A stretch of 64,000 nucleotides of DNA from positions 23,706,015 to 23,770,014 of the forward strand of contig OZ316893.1 of NCBI GenBank assembly GCA_973895155.1. The letters run 5' to 3'. This DNA comes from Marsupella aquatica (lineage: Eukaryota > Plantae > Marchantiophyta). Positions 1 to 11,483 of the stretch are shown piece by piece. The notes beneath the pieces are model-generated. The model was given only the letters and a program-made list of their open reading frames with translations, ran no database searches and was not told the origin of the DNA. Within the stretch, counting starts at the first letter, position 1. Each line of letters opens with the position of its first letter. The position numbers were made by a program, and so were the translations under genes.

Positions 1-135
1 CAGGCTTCTGGAGACTCCAATATAGTAAGCATATACTGAGAAGTTTTGCACGATTCTGTAAATAATCATTTATAGCTTGTCATTGGTGTACTACCATATT
101 TTAAAAATCTCACCAAAGACTGTAACTTTTGCAGA

Positions 136-442
136 ATTTTGAAAAGCTCACCAAGGACGCCAAACTAGTATTGTGCATGAGAGTCATGGGTTTGATGAAG
201 ACCTGCGAAGTGGAGGCCAAATGCGCACGTTTGTAGCAGATACAAACAAGCGGTCAAAGACTACCCCCAAGCCATTCACCAAACACGCTCAGAAGAATGC
301 ATCAGAGTTATTGGACATGGTGGCCAGGTGGATTGTAGAGCATAATGTAGTGATCGTTACACATCTTCAGGCTTTAAATGCCGATGGCCAACAAAGAATC
401 TTCCCTGAAAATGCTATGAAGAAAGCCGGGGAAGAGGTATAG
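136..442 (+). pseudogene. Last exon of the SAM-domain accessory gene of the giant element, frameshifted copy
   Basis: Copy of 61397-61705 with a 1-nt deletion near 221 (ggccaaatgcgc vs ggccaaattgcgc). Confidence 0.7.
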
Positions 443-1021
443 TACTCACTACATAGATAGCTTACCTGCATCGCTCTATATATGAACGGCACAAGCTAGA
501 CAGGTTATGAATATGATTGCATTATATATTGACCAAGGGCCACCACTAGTTGCTTCGTGTTTCACATATATATATAGAGATGGGAGTTGCTAACGTACTT
601 AGTTTCTAATGTACAAATGAATGCTACTTAACTCACTATGATCTTATTTACAACGCTATGAGGAAATGATTCAAAACCATATTAGAAATTTGATTTGCGT
701 AAGCTGGGCCCAATAAAGAACCTTACATTCACGATACCCATCGACATTTCATGGTATTCATTGGCAATATGACTGTATGGTTTTTGATGCAATTCATCTG
801 GGGATGCCAGACATTTTTAATACCCCATTGGTAATACATAAGGATCCCCCAATACCCCACAATACATAGGCGTTACATCGTGAATCCCCGCTTCAATGTA
901 GGTAATTTGGACGATGCGGATGCACATTATCCTGGAATTTGACGATGCAGATGCAATTTGACGCAGCAAGAAGCCTGGAATCAAAAATACCCTACAAATA
1001 CCCCACGGTATGCAGGTAAAA

Positions 1022-1390
1022 GGTCAAGTGCAAGCTAGAGGGATACCAAAGGAGTCCCCAAGGACTAGCTCAAAAAGGAGAGGGGAAGGACTAGAAATGT
1101 CATTAAGATTTAGTTGAGCACACTCCCAAAAAGGTAGGGCACACTTCCAAACGATTGGAGGCACTGCCAACAATGTTGTGCACACTTCCAAAAAGATTGG
1201 GCACACTTCTAGAATTCCCAAACATTTGGCATGCATGATCTAACCTTTCAATCTCACCAAAACAATCCTGGCCATTCCATGTAATATTTTGGTCTTTTTG
1301 TCCTCTAGTGATTGCTTTTACCAAGGACCTATGTCCTTTTGGTGGAGAAAATGGAGATCCTTTCAGTACCCCTCTAGCTTGCACTTGACC
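1022..1390. mobile_element. MITE, 369 bp, GGTC...GACC termini, 4-bp TSD AAAA
   Basis: TIR ggtcaagtgcaagctagagggatac / gtacccctctagcttgcacttgacc (1 mismatch in 25). aaaa flanks both sides. The empty site gcaggtaaaatgcacaag is visible in the other element copy at ~62321-62338. Confidence 0.93.
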
Positions 1391-2046
1391 AAAATGCACA
1401 AGGAATCCCCGCTTCGACATAGGAAATCTGGACATTGAAGATGCATATCATCTTGCAAACCTCCAGGGCTATTAGCGAAACGAAGCCACTTGGAGAGTGC
1501 CAATTGGAAGTGGCATACTGAATACCCCAACGATACCCCACAGTATGCGGGTAATATGCACAAAGAATCCCCACTTTACCACAAGAAATTTGGATGGTGG
1601 AGATGCATATCATCCTGCACACCTCCAGGGCTGCCAGCGAAGCCACCTGGAGAGCAGCCATTGGACGCTGACAACCCAAATACCCCAGAGATACCCAAAT
1701 GTATGCGGGTAATATGCACACGGAATCCCCACTTAGCCACAGAAAAATTGGATGGTGTCGGGGGAATCTTTAGTTCTTGGGAAGCACCGAGCTCTTGTTT
1801 TTCCTATCTTGGAAGAAACCTTTCCAAAATACGTCTTTTCCACCTCACATTACCCTTGCGATCTCCTTTGTCGATCAATTTCTCTCACCGTTATCCTCTA
1901 AAATATCTCTTACAGCCTTTGTCCCACTCTACGATGAGCGGCTTCCTCACACTAAGCCTCGAATCGGCCTATCCTCTTTCCACATAACTTACTTCCCAAG
2001 TCAAGTCATAGATTGCAATTTCCAACGAATCCTACAATTAGATAAG

Positions 2047-2535
2047 TCAATTATAGAAAACAAAGACTATGATCTTAAGATTTACCATAGATGATATAAT
2101 CACAGGCTCTGGCATCCTAAGCATAACATTGTATCTTTCATCTCCATACTTTCTAACTAAAACATCTCTACAATCAACCTTCTTACGGCATACCACTCTA
2201 ATGTCAATAGATGAAGGAAAATCAGACACATTATTAGGAAGCCTATTCAAATCTAACTCCGGTACATTTACGGATTGTCTATTAAAATCCATCTAATATA
2301 AAATAAAAATAGTTACATTCCATTCATTTCCATAAACAACAATCGGGTATACAAATGGTGCATCGCTATTCATAACTGTTTCCATTAACTCAAACCCAAA
2401 ATAATAAAGAAGATGCATTCTCATGGTATGCTTGCTAAGACAATGAATTCTAATTAATAAAGGATTGACAAATGGCACAGCAGGTGGGGGATAAACTCTA
2501 GGTACTCCATTTATCATATTATTCATTACAAGCAC
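2047..2535 (-). pseudogene. Degenerate ORF of unknown product inside the TGT...ACA element
   Basis: ORFs 2293-2535 and 2047-2292 are in the same frame and separated by one stop. They lie downstream of a TATA box. No recognisable domain. Confidence 0.35.
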
Positions 2536-2834
2536 ACTAAATTGATCTCAAGACTAATAAACATAAAACATAAAATAGTTCTAAGGCTAACAATCAAGTT
2601 AGTACCCAAGCATGGAGGTAAATAATAAACAAGACATGTGCACAAGAGGGGAAGAGTTCCTTACAGTGTTGCGAGTCCAACACGATAGATCAAACAAATG
2701 CGAATGAGGAGAGTGTGCTCCTCTTCACTTTATTTATAGTGCCCCTTTGTATTTTCAAAGAGGGCATGGATCGATGCCTTGACCCTTGGATGGAAGCCAA
2801 GTGGCAAGCATCAAGCACCTATAAGTGTGCTAGT

Positions 2835-3085
2835 ACTATTCATAGTTGGTGGAACTACCGTGCGTAGTTGGTGGAATTATTACGCGTAATTGGTGGAACT
2901 ACTATACGTAATTGGTGCAACTACTATGCGTAGTTGGTGAAACTACTATACGTAATTGGTGCAACTACTATGCGTAGTTGGTGAAATTACTATGCGTAAT
3001 TGGTGCAACTACTATGCGTAGTTGGTGGAATTACTATGCATCTAGTTTGTAAAACTACTATGCGTAAATGGTGGAACTACTATGT
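2835..3085. repeat. 22-bp minisatellite (actactatgcgtagttggtgga-like), about 11 units
   Basis: Directly visible tandem repetition. Confidence 0.9.
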
Positions 3086-4166
3086 ACCATTATAAAATGT
3101 ACATACTACATATAGAATGTAACATATATGCTCTAATAGTACTACTATGAAGCTTTTAAGTAAAACTCTCTTCACATAAACTCAAATAACATAATATGGA
3201 TTCTTGCCTTCTAAAAGGAATCTCCACGACAACGGTGGAGATGCATATCATCCTGCACACCTCCAGGGCTGCCAGCGAAGCCACCTGGAGAGCGGCCATT
3301 GGACGCTGACAACCGAAATACCCTAGAGATACCCAAATGTATGCGGGTAATATGCACACGGAATCCCCACTTAGCCACAACAAAATTGGACAGTGGAGAT
3401 GCATATCATCCTGCACACCTCCAGGGCTGCCAGCGAAGCCACCTGGAGAGCGGCCATTGGACGCTGACAACCGAAATACCCTAGAGATACCCAAATGTAT
3501 GCGGGTAATATGCACACGGAATCCCCACTTAGCCACAACAAAATTGGACAGTGGAGATGCATATCATCCTGCACACCTCCAAGGCTGCCAGCGAAGCCAC
3601 TTGGAGAGCGGCAATTGGACGCTGACAACCCAAATACCCGAGAGATACCCCACGGTATGCGGGTAATATGCACACGGAATCCCCACTTTGCCACAGCAAA
3701 ATTGGATGGTGGAGATGCATATCATCCTGCACACCTCAACGAAGCCACTTGGAGAGCGACAATTGGACGCTGACATCCCAAATACCCCAGAGATACCCCA
3801 CGGTATGCGGGTAATATGCACACGGATGGTGCGGAGAGCGCGACCATCCAAGGACCTCGATTATGCCAACTGCCTCTGGCTTATACAAATAAACACGCAA
3901 ATGTGGGGAAATGCGGAGGCGCTAAACCCTTATGTAGTTGGGTATATTACGAGAAACGCCCCAAATGTCACGCTCGAGGGACACATAGGAAAATTACCCC
4001 AGGGAAACGTTGAACTGCTAGAGTATCAAATCCCTGGTTATGTATGGGAAAGCATGGGTATTTTCAACCAAATTCCCTAAGATGTCCGAAATCCCCACTT
4101 CTTTGTTATGGTACACTGATTCACCAAGTCAGGTGGGGAAATCCCCAACTCCTCGACCATGCATAT

Positions 4167-4620
4167 TTGATGGTCAGGTTCATTTCCTCATACATTTAGT
4201 GCGCGAGGTTGTAATTGCAGGCCCAGTACATTGTCGATGGATGTATTGGGTAGAGCGTTATATGGGGGTGATGAAGTCATATGTCTTTAATCGCGCTAGG
4301 GTGGAAGGTAGCATTGCGGAGCGTCATCTTGGAGCAGAGAGTATGTTTTACTATACAAACATAGTTGCCACACTAGATCCTAGTGCTCCTAGGGGATGGA
4401 TAGATGAGGCGGCACGAGAGGCTGACTATGAGGATGATAGACTCACTGGGGCATCTGGAGAGCATCTCATAGGCTCAACAGAGCGTTTACAGCTCACAAC
4501 ATTTATGTTGTATAACTCACCCAAGGTTGTCGAGGAGTGGACAACATTTTATGAGGAGGAGAAGCAAAACAGTCGATGCCCACGGTTATTTCCCAAGTTT
4601 CACCCATACATGAAGGAGAA
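4167..4620 (+). pseudogene. CACTA TnpD transposase fragment (DUF4218-like region)
   Basis: FDGQVHFLIHLVREVVIAGPVHCRWMYWVERYMGVMKSYVFNRARVEGSIAE matches the plant CACTA motif HL..E....GPV..RWMY..ER..NRA..EGSI.E. Confidence 0.9.
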
Positions 4621-5533
4621 AATACGATTTCGGACCGACCGAGAAGTGTGTCGGAGTTCTCGTTTAGCCTGATCCCGTTTTTTTTCTAAGGCAATGCAAT
4701 GACCGATAAAACTGGCAAAAACTCTCTGAAACGCCACTTTCCTCCATTGCATCGCCGCGGGAATGCAGGGAGCGATGCGTGCATCGGGTTTTACATTCCG
4801 TCAGTGAAAAAGTCCAAACTGCGAGTAACTTGGTCCGAACCGCGTAATCCAGGAATGACCACGCACTAACCCAGGTAAAGGGGAAACTTAACCATGGTTA
4901 AGGGGAAATTAACCATGGTTTAGAGCGTCTCCTATATAAAGAGGAGCGGGCTGCCCATAAAATGTTTGCTTTCGCCAGAGCAAATATCTCCTGACTGAGA
5001 GCGAATACCAAACTCCCATCGAGTCTTACATTCCTCCCAAGTGGTTCGACTCTTTCTACCGAAAACCCGATAAATTTATCGGAACAGCCATTCCTGTTCA
5101 AGTTCTCCATGTAAGACTAACTAGTCATTTAGTGTAAAATGTCCAGATCTGAGCGGACTACGATAAATTTATCGCATTCTGCATTTCTCCGTTGCAATCA
5201 TTTGATCCAGTGTTTAGAGAGGTGTTGCCTTCATTCCGATAAATTTATCGGAGTCTTCATTCCTTTCATGGAAAGAGGAGTAATTGAGAATCCGATAAAT
5301 TTATCGGAGTTGTCATTTTTGTGAAAGATTGAATTCAGGGGTTAGGTGTCTGAGGAAATCATATTTTCAATTCGAATGCGGAGTGCGATAAACTTATCGC
5401 ATCCTCCTGTGAGAATAATTTTCCTTTGTTTTGTTTGGAGACTCATCTTCATCTCTGATGTCGCACTGTTGCCGGGTTTAGGAGGCACAACGGAAGGTCA
5501 ATTGCACTCCGTGGACAATAGGTATTGTGACAA

Positions 5534-5863
5534 ATGGATGTCTTCCTTGAAAATCGTGTCAAACGTGCACGCCGGTTGTACAAGAGACTCGTGCGACTCA
5601 AAGTTCTCCCCATCGGTATAGGAGCATTGTGGATGGGTGGTACTGATCTTGGAGATAGGCAGAATCCTCTCCGCATTGAATTCTACGGAATGAATGATGC
5701 AGGAGTTCCAATTCGTTCGAGGTTGATGTTAACGGCGTGTTTACATTCTTTGGAGTTTTCTTGTAACTATTGTTGTCGTCGTCTTGACAACAAGTACCAC
5801 AAACAGGCTCACTTCTGTTGTAAGATTTGGAACGAAGACCCTTGGGTGAACCTTTCACGATGA
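5534..5863 (+). CDS. Short Cys/His-rich ORF of unknown function inside the transposon
   Basis: 109-aa ATG-initiated ORF downstream of a TATA (cctatataaa, ~4932). No family recognised. Confidence 0.25.
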   Translation: MDVFLENRVKRARRLYKRLVRLKVLPIGIGALWMGGTDLGDRQNPLRIEFYGMNDAGVPIRSRLMLTACLHSLEFSCNYCCRRLDNKYHKQAHFCCKIWNEDPWVNLSR

Positions 5864-6152
5864 GTGTTTCGACCTTTTCATTGAGGCGCGTCTTGTAAGG
5901 ACATATTTAAATAAACAAGTCCTACCCTTGCGCAGCGAATATAATATGTCACGAGTCCTAATCGTTAAACTGTCGTGCAGGGTTGGTACTGTGGATGTGT
6001 TTGGTTACACCTGGTGATTGAAGGTATTTTTATTGGTGGTTTTGGTAGCTCTGCTTCATGGCTGCATCAGAGAATCTAATCGTTGCAAAGATGGGATCTG
6101 TTTTAGCCCACGAGCGTAGGAAATATATTCGAGGAAAAGTGCCTGGTGTGGA

Positions 6153-6581
6153 ATGCGGAAGTTTGTTGAATCTCACATTTGGCCCCTCCTAGCCTTGTCT
6201 TGCACACAAGATGAACACCATGGCCTCGACCTAAAACTTCTACCAGAAGAACGACTGACTCGAATGAGAACAATCATTTGTCTTGGAGCCACCTCAAAGA
6301 AATGGAACCATCTTGTTGTTGGTACACGATTTTGGGCGCTATTGAAATATGCAGTCCGTGAGATCAATGACATAAACAAAATGCTCGCAAGCATTCCTAA
6401 TGCCGACCTTCTCTCAAACATACATATTGCTAGGGTCTTCCAAGAGGAAACTCATTTCCTCCCTCCCATAGATATGCTTGGGTGCTTTTCGTATGAGCAG
6501 TTAGATCAGTTTCATAGAGTTTGGATAAATCTTGGAGAAAGCGGGAAGCGGACAATTCTTGCATGGCATGGACGAGTCTGA
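6153..6581 (+). CDS. Putative cargo ORF with a divergent F-box-like signature
   Basis: 142-aa ORF. HIWPLL...IICLGATSKKWNHLVVGTRFWA resembles the F-box tail L..V[CS]K.W..L......W. Confidence 0.35.
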   Translation: MRKFVESHIWPLLALSCTQDEHHGLDLKLLPEERLTRMRTIICLGATSKKWNHLVVGTRFWALLKYAVREINDINKMLASIPNADLLSNIHIARVFQEETHFLPPIDMLGCFSYEQLDQFHRVWINLGESGKRTILAWHGRV

Positions 6582-6744
6582 GTGGATGAGGTATTGCTGC
6601 GAACATCCGATTAATTTATCGCACTCCTCATTCCTCTAGTCGATTTTGGGTGCTCTTAGGTTTGCTCGAGAAGAGCTTGTAAAGAAACACTTTGAATGTA
6701 ATTGACTTTGCCTCCCTTGACTTCGGGTTGTGTGGTTCAGAGTG

Positions 6745-7561
6745 TATTTATCTGATGTTGGTATTGCAAAAGTGGTTCCTTCATATGGAAGTTGCAATTT
6801 TGAAATTGAAGCGATAAATTTATCTGATGTTGGTATTGCAAAAGTGGTTCCTTCATATGGAAGTTGCAATTTTGAAATTGAAGCGATAAATTTATCTGAT
6901 GTTGGTATTGCGAAGAGTTTTCTTCATATGGATAGGAATTTTGAAATTTAACCGATGAACCAAAGGATCTTAGTATTGTCGACTAGTATTTTTGTCGCCC
7001 GTAGTTTTCGTGATAATTTTATCGGACTGCGCATTGCTGTTGAAAGAATGGCATGTTGACTATGGTCACTTGCGGAGGTAACTGGTCAATTGCGGAGGTA
7101 ACTGCAAGGTAAGTTTGACGAACCGTGCAGTAATTCTTATCGACTGTGATGTAAAATATTTTAGGTAAATATCCAAAAACTGAGAAAACTGAGATTGGGT
7201 CGGAGTTTTCGTGGCTCAAATCCGGAGTCCGATACAGTTATCGCACTTGGCTCGAAACATGGATATGGATTTATAGATAAGACCTTTCATATATCTTCGG
7301 AGAGCGTGAATATGAGGTTGAGGAGAAAGTTTTTCGAATCTAATTATTCCTTGATAATATGAATGTTTGTTAGCATGAATTTCATTGGTTTTGATCATTA
7401 TTAAATTTGCTGTTTCAATCCGAACTCCGATATGAATTACATTATTTCCCCAAAAACGTGTTTTTGATGAAAAAAACTGCCGATTTCGCGAGATTTGGCG
7501 GAAAATGAAAATACACTTCTCGTTTAGAAGAAATAGTTCTCGTTCGGTCCGAAATCGTGTT
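6745..7561. repeat. Internal duplicate of the transposon right end (matches ~10078-10841), including 72-bp tandem units and the TIR
   Basis: Near-identical sequence and ORFs (7019-7219 vs 10299-10499; 7216-7398 vs 10496-10678). Confidence 0.92.
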
Positions 7562-9822
7562 CATTGTGAATATTTGGATAGTTCAAAAAAACATTTGAAC
7601 TTAATTGTTTGTTGAAGATCAAACAACCCACTACGTGTACGGGGATGAAATACTTTTCATCCATATTCTTCGGACACCGAATGAAATGAGGTAACTCTGT
7701 CTTCTTTTGATCCATTCCATCAATACAGATGCCCAAATATTTCTCCGGACTCTTGTAACATTTGCTCCGGTGCTTTGCTAACTTCTCCCTCTCGACTGCT
7801 TGTGCCTTCCGATGCTCGTTTAGCAATGTTGAGAATTTTCCTACAACAATAAAAATTTTTAGGACAAAACATGATAACCGCAATGTTGAACCCTGACAGC
7901 GATAAATTTATCGGGTTCAGTATTCAAACACGAGACCGTAATGATAAACCCTGACAACGATAAATTTATCGGGTTCAGTATTCAAACACAAGACCATAAT
8001 GAAAAACTGTGACAACGATAAATTTATCAGGTTCAGTATTCAAACTGTTCAAACGATATATTCACTCACATGGCCAAAGAAGAAGCACATGAATACTCAA
8101 CCCGATAAAATTATCGGGAGTAACACATAGGTTTAGAAATTTACTCTTTTCTGCTTCGAGTGTTGCCTTGTCACGGAGTGCTTTGAATTCAGTACACGGG
8201 GCGCAGGTGGAGAAACGGCTCCTTTTGGGGATGCGCACGCGAGGAAACTCCTTGTTCCAAATGCGAACAAACCACGAATATGTCATGCCTTGTTCTTGGC
8301 GCATTAGAGTTTCGGATTGGAAGGCATCAAAAACTTCTGTTTTTGTCCAATTGTCAGGTAAATGAAAGATATCCTTGTTGGGGAGACTCTCGACATTTGT
8401 GGAAAAAAAATCATCCAGCCATTGGACGAGACCAAGATGTGCGGGTGATTTTTCTCGACAAACTATACCGATCTGTATCCGAGAAAACATGTTATGCGAG
8501 ATTTTTTGGAGACGATTATTTCCCAGTGAAAATAATTTCTTAAAACCACTTCGACAAAAGGATCTACCACTAACTGAGTAACCACTTGCACCAGCATGCC
8601 CACACTTCACACATCCTCTTAGAAGGACGTTCTTCTCTGGGTAGGATAGCCCATAGTAATAAGTGCGTTGTTTCGTCACGGCTAGCAGACCCAAATTCCG
8701 CAGACAGTAATTATCACAACACGAATACTTATGAATTTCTCTCATTTTGTCTCTATTCAATTTGTCATTTATCACATTGTCTTTCCTAGTAATTCGGTCC
8801 CTATCTTTTTTACTAGGCTCATTTGACTTCTCTACAACCTGAAATCCGTTCATAACATTGGCATTTTCGGGTCCTTCAGGTGCCTCGCGAATAGATGCAT
8901 CACTCTCTGCTGAGCTACCATCCTCTATAGATCTCCTTGACGCATTTAGAGGGGCACTGAATAGACGACTATAGCTATTCTCTTCGACAGCTCCTTCTAA
9001 ACATTCAGACACAACTTGTGCTATTATACCGGATTCTCTATCTCCTTCCTCATCTTCGTCCTCCGATGCACTCGACTCATCTGAAAACACAATTGGACTC
9101 CGTGGCTCTCTATACATAACCCGAACGCCACTAAGACCTCTCCTCGATACTTGGAGCCTGGAACCAATGACAGTCTGCCCTTGAGAACTTGGAGATTCTG
9201 GATTCGCACGTGCAGTCCCAACGACTCCGCGAGCTGCTGGAAAATTGAGCACTTGTTCACCACGATTCCCACGGACCATTCGAGAAAGGGCCGAGTCTGG
9301 ACTTCGCAGTCCGATTCCCTCGCTTGCTCGCACATCCAGTCCAGGCAATGCAAAGACCGATCGCCGTATCGGTCTTTGTATTTCTATGTCCCGATCCTCA
9401 CCCGAAGACTGAAAGATCCGTCGTTGAACTTGTGTTGAATGTGGCGACTTGAATGCCGACTGCGATACGCGTATCGGTCGCCGGATACCCTCTCCATAAC
9501 CCGGGATGGATGGCCTGAAGTGACGTCTCGGACCTAAACCTGGGATTGAAAGTTTCTCATTTCTTGGCGATGGAACACTCAAGAGATGACGCTTCTCAGG
9601 TTTACTAGGCGACACATAGTAAGCACTGGGCTGAGGACCAGAACTTGCATCAGAATCTGAGTCAGAGATTTCGGGCACTATTTGCTGTGAGAGAGGTAGA
9701 GCTTTAAGTATGCGACTTGGCAAACAGCAAGCGACAAGATTAGGAGAGGATTCAACTGAACTGGAAGGTGAATCTGTGTCTGATTGAGACATGGCTATCC
9801 GAGACACTATGGGGCTTTGCAT
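7562..9822 (-). pseudogene. DDE-type transposase (DGMDQ / DUF7869-like), two exons (9822-8145, 7840-7562), C-terminally truncated
   Basis: Motifs CCDNYC, FCRSGFKKLFSLG, WNKEFPRVRIPKRSRFSTCAPC and GICIDGMDQKKTELPHF. GT-AG intron at 8144-7841. The ORF runs into the internal TIR at 7561. TATA (cactataaaag) at ~9936-9946. Confidence 0.75.
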
Positions 9823-10845
9823 TCCTCCCACAATCAGGGAAAACGAAAGGCTCAACGGACAGAATGTTGCTCCAAGAACACAACTCTCAAAACTCTACTC
9901 TCGATAATGACGCCAAAAACTTATCGGCGGTGGCCCTTTTATAGTGTCTGTTGAGGGGTTGGCCCACGTGTCCACTTTTGATTGGCTGTCACCCTAAACA
10001 ACAAAATAGCAGAAAAGGGTATATTTCTTGGATTTCCAATTTCATTCTCACACGTGCATCATGGCAAAATTATATAGTTTTGAAATTGAAGCGATAAATT
10101 TATCTGATGTTGGTATTGCAAAAGTGGTTCCTTCATATGGAAGTTGCAATTTTGAAATTGAAGCGATAAATTTATCTGATGTTGGTATTGCGAAGAGTTT
10201 TCTTCATATGGATAGGAATTTTGAAATTTAACCGATGAACCGAAGGATCTTAGTATTGTCGACTAGTATTTTTGTCGCCCGTAGTTTTCGCGATAATTTT
10301 ATCGGACTGCGCATTGCTGTTGAAAGAATGGCATGTTGACTATGGTCACTTGCGGAGGTAACTGGTCAATTGCGGAGGTAGCTGCAAGGTAAATTTGACG
10401 AACCGTGCAGTAATTCTTATCGACTATGATGTAAAATATTTTTGGTAAATATCCAAAAACCGAGAAACCTGAGATTGGGTCGGAGTTTTCGTGGCTCAAA
10501 TCCGGAGTCCGATACAGTTATCGCACTTGGCTCGAAACATGGATATGGATTTATAGATAAGACCTTTCATATATCTTCGGAGAGCGTGAATATGAGGTCG
10601 AGGAGAAAGTTTTTCGGATCTAATTGTTCCTTGATAATATGAATGTTTGTTAGCATGAATTTCATTGGTTTTGATCATTATTAAATTTGTTGTTTCAATC
10701 CGAACTCCGATACGAATTACATTATTTCCCCAAAAACGCGTTTTTGATGAAAAAAACTGCCGATTTCGCGAGATTCGGCGGAAAATAAAAATACACTTCT
10801 CGTTTAGAGGAAATAGTTCTCGTTCGGTCCGAAATCGTGTTAGAA

Positions 10846-11483
10846 GTTGTTAGTTCTAAGTGGATGCCCAGGTGGTGGGTACCGGGGAGAGTGTATTACA
10901 CTACCCAAACGTGACAGATAAACTTCGTACCTTGGTTCATGGTCCACTACTTATAGTAACGACTCGGACTGCCATGTGGTCAAAGGGGAAACTTTTTGTG
11001 TGGAACGACTTGATGAGAAGAGGGCAGCTATACAAGATTGTGGGGTGATGGGTTGGTTCACCCAAGATTCCCAGAGTAGCATGTCAGACATGAATCCCAT
11101 TCGCTCCATCGTGGCCCATTATGGGAAGATTGAGGAGATCCTAACAGTGAAGTACCATGCACATACTACTTTGGAGGAAGTGGTATTCAAGTGCAAATGG
11201 TTCAAGATGAATCTTGTAGGCCACAATCGTACTTGTGAAGATGATACATGCAATTTTACTCGTTTGAAGACATCTGCAAATAGTGTCATCAGTTCCAACT
11301 GGAGGTCCTCAAATCCCTTTGCCTTCCCACATCACCTTGAGCAATGCTTTTACCTACCCTATCTCGATCAATGACCCCGAGTGGTCCATTGTCATGCCGT
11401 ATATTCCCAGATCACGGTCCATAGTCCAAGAGAGACCCAACGTAGTTGTCCTGGAAGATAGAGACATACCCCCCACGAGTTAG
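10846..11483 (+). pseudogene. CACTA transposase C-terminal fragment (DUF4216-like), frameshifted
   Basis: YGKIEEILTVKY...VVFKCKWF...PFAFPHHLEQCFYLPY...DPEWSIVM, spread over three frames. Confidence 0.85.

Larger units (their letters stand above)
1756..3231 (-). mobile_element. Non-autonomous element with TGT...ACA termini and 4-bp TSD (Ginger/GingerRoot-like; solo LTR is the alternative)
   Basis: Starts tgtcgggggaatc and ends gaatctccacgaca. Flanked by atgg/acgg, and interrupts one 158-bp unit cleanly (ttgga[t/c]gg^tggagatg). Contains a minus-strand TATA (~2732-2738), a degenerate ORF and a 22-bp array. Confidence 0.75.
1391..3825. repeat. 158-bp subterminal tandem array of giant-element copy 1, split by the insertion at 1756-3231
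   Basis: Repeated unit ggagatgcatatcatcctgcacacctccagggctgccagcgaagccac...gcgggtaatatgcacacggaatccccac. Identical ORF starts at 3337 and 3495 give a period of 158. Confidence 0.9.
1..4166 (+). mobile_element. Right-hand portion of a second copy of the giant CACAA element (left part lies outside the window; last 10 bp of TIR missing)
   Basis: 1-4166, once its two insertions (1022-1390, 1756-3231) are removed, aligns by eye with 61263-63303. Both copies end ...ctcctcgaccatgcatat. This copy lacks the terminal cctccttgtg. Confidence 0.9.
4621..10841 (-). mobile_element. 6.2-kb composite DNA transposon, TIR AA(C/T)ACGATTTCGGACCGA, 4-bp TSD AGAA, DGMDQ-type (DUF7869/Sola-like) transposase
   Basis: Left end aatacgatttcggaccgaccgagaa vs right end ttctcgttcggtccgaaatcgtgtt (2 mismatches in 25). 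agaa at 4617-4620 and 10842-10845. Removing it rejoins the CACTA transposase (MKEK|LLV). A second right end sits at 7561. Confidence 0.88.

Noticed and set aside
1363-4080. Many overlapping ORFs (also at 62126-63450)
   Set aside because: They are translations of the 158-bp array and subterminal DNA in several frames, with no domain.
5068-8120. CRISPR-like appearance of the spaced palindromes
   Set aside because: Spacing is irregular, the 'spacers' are repeated, there are no cas genes, and the context is eukaryotic.
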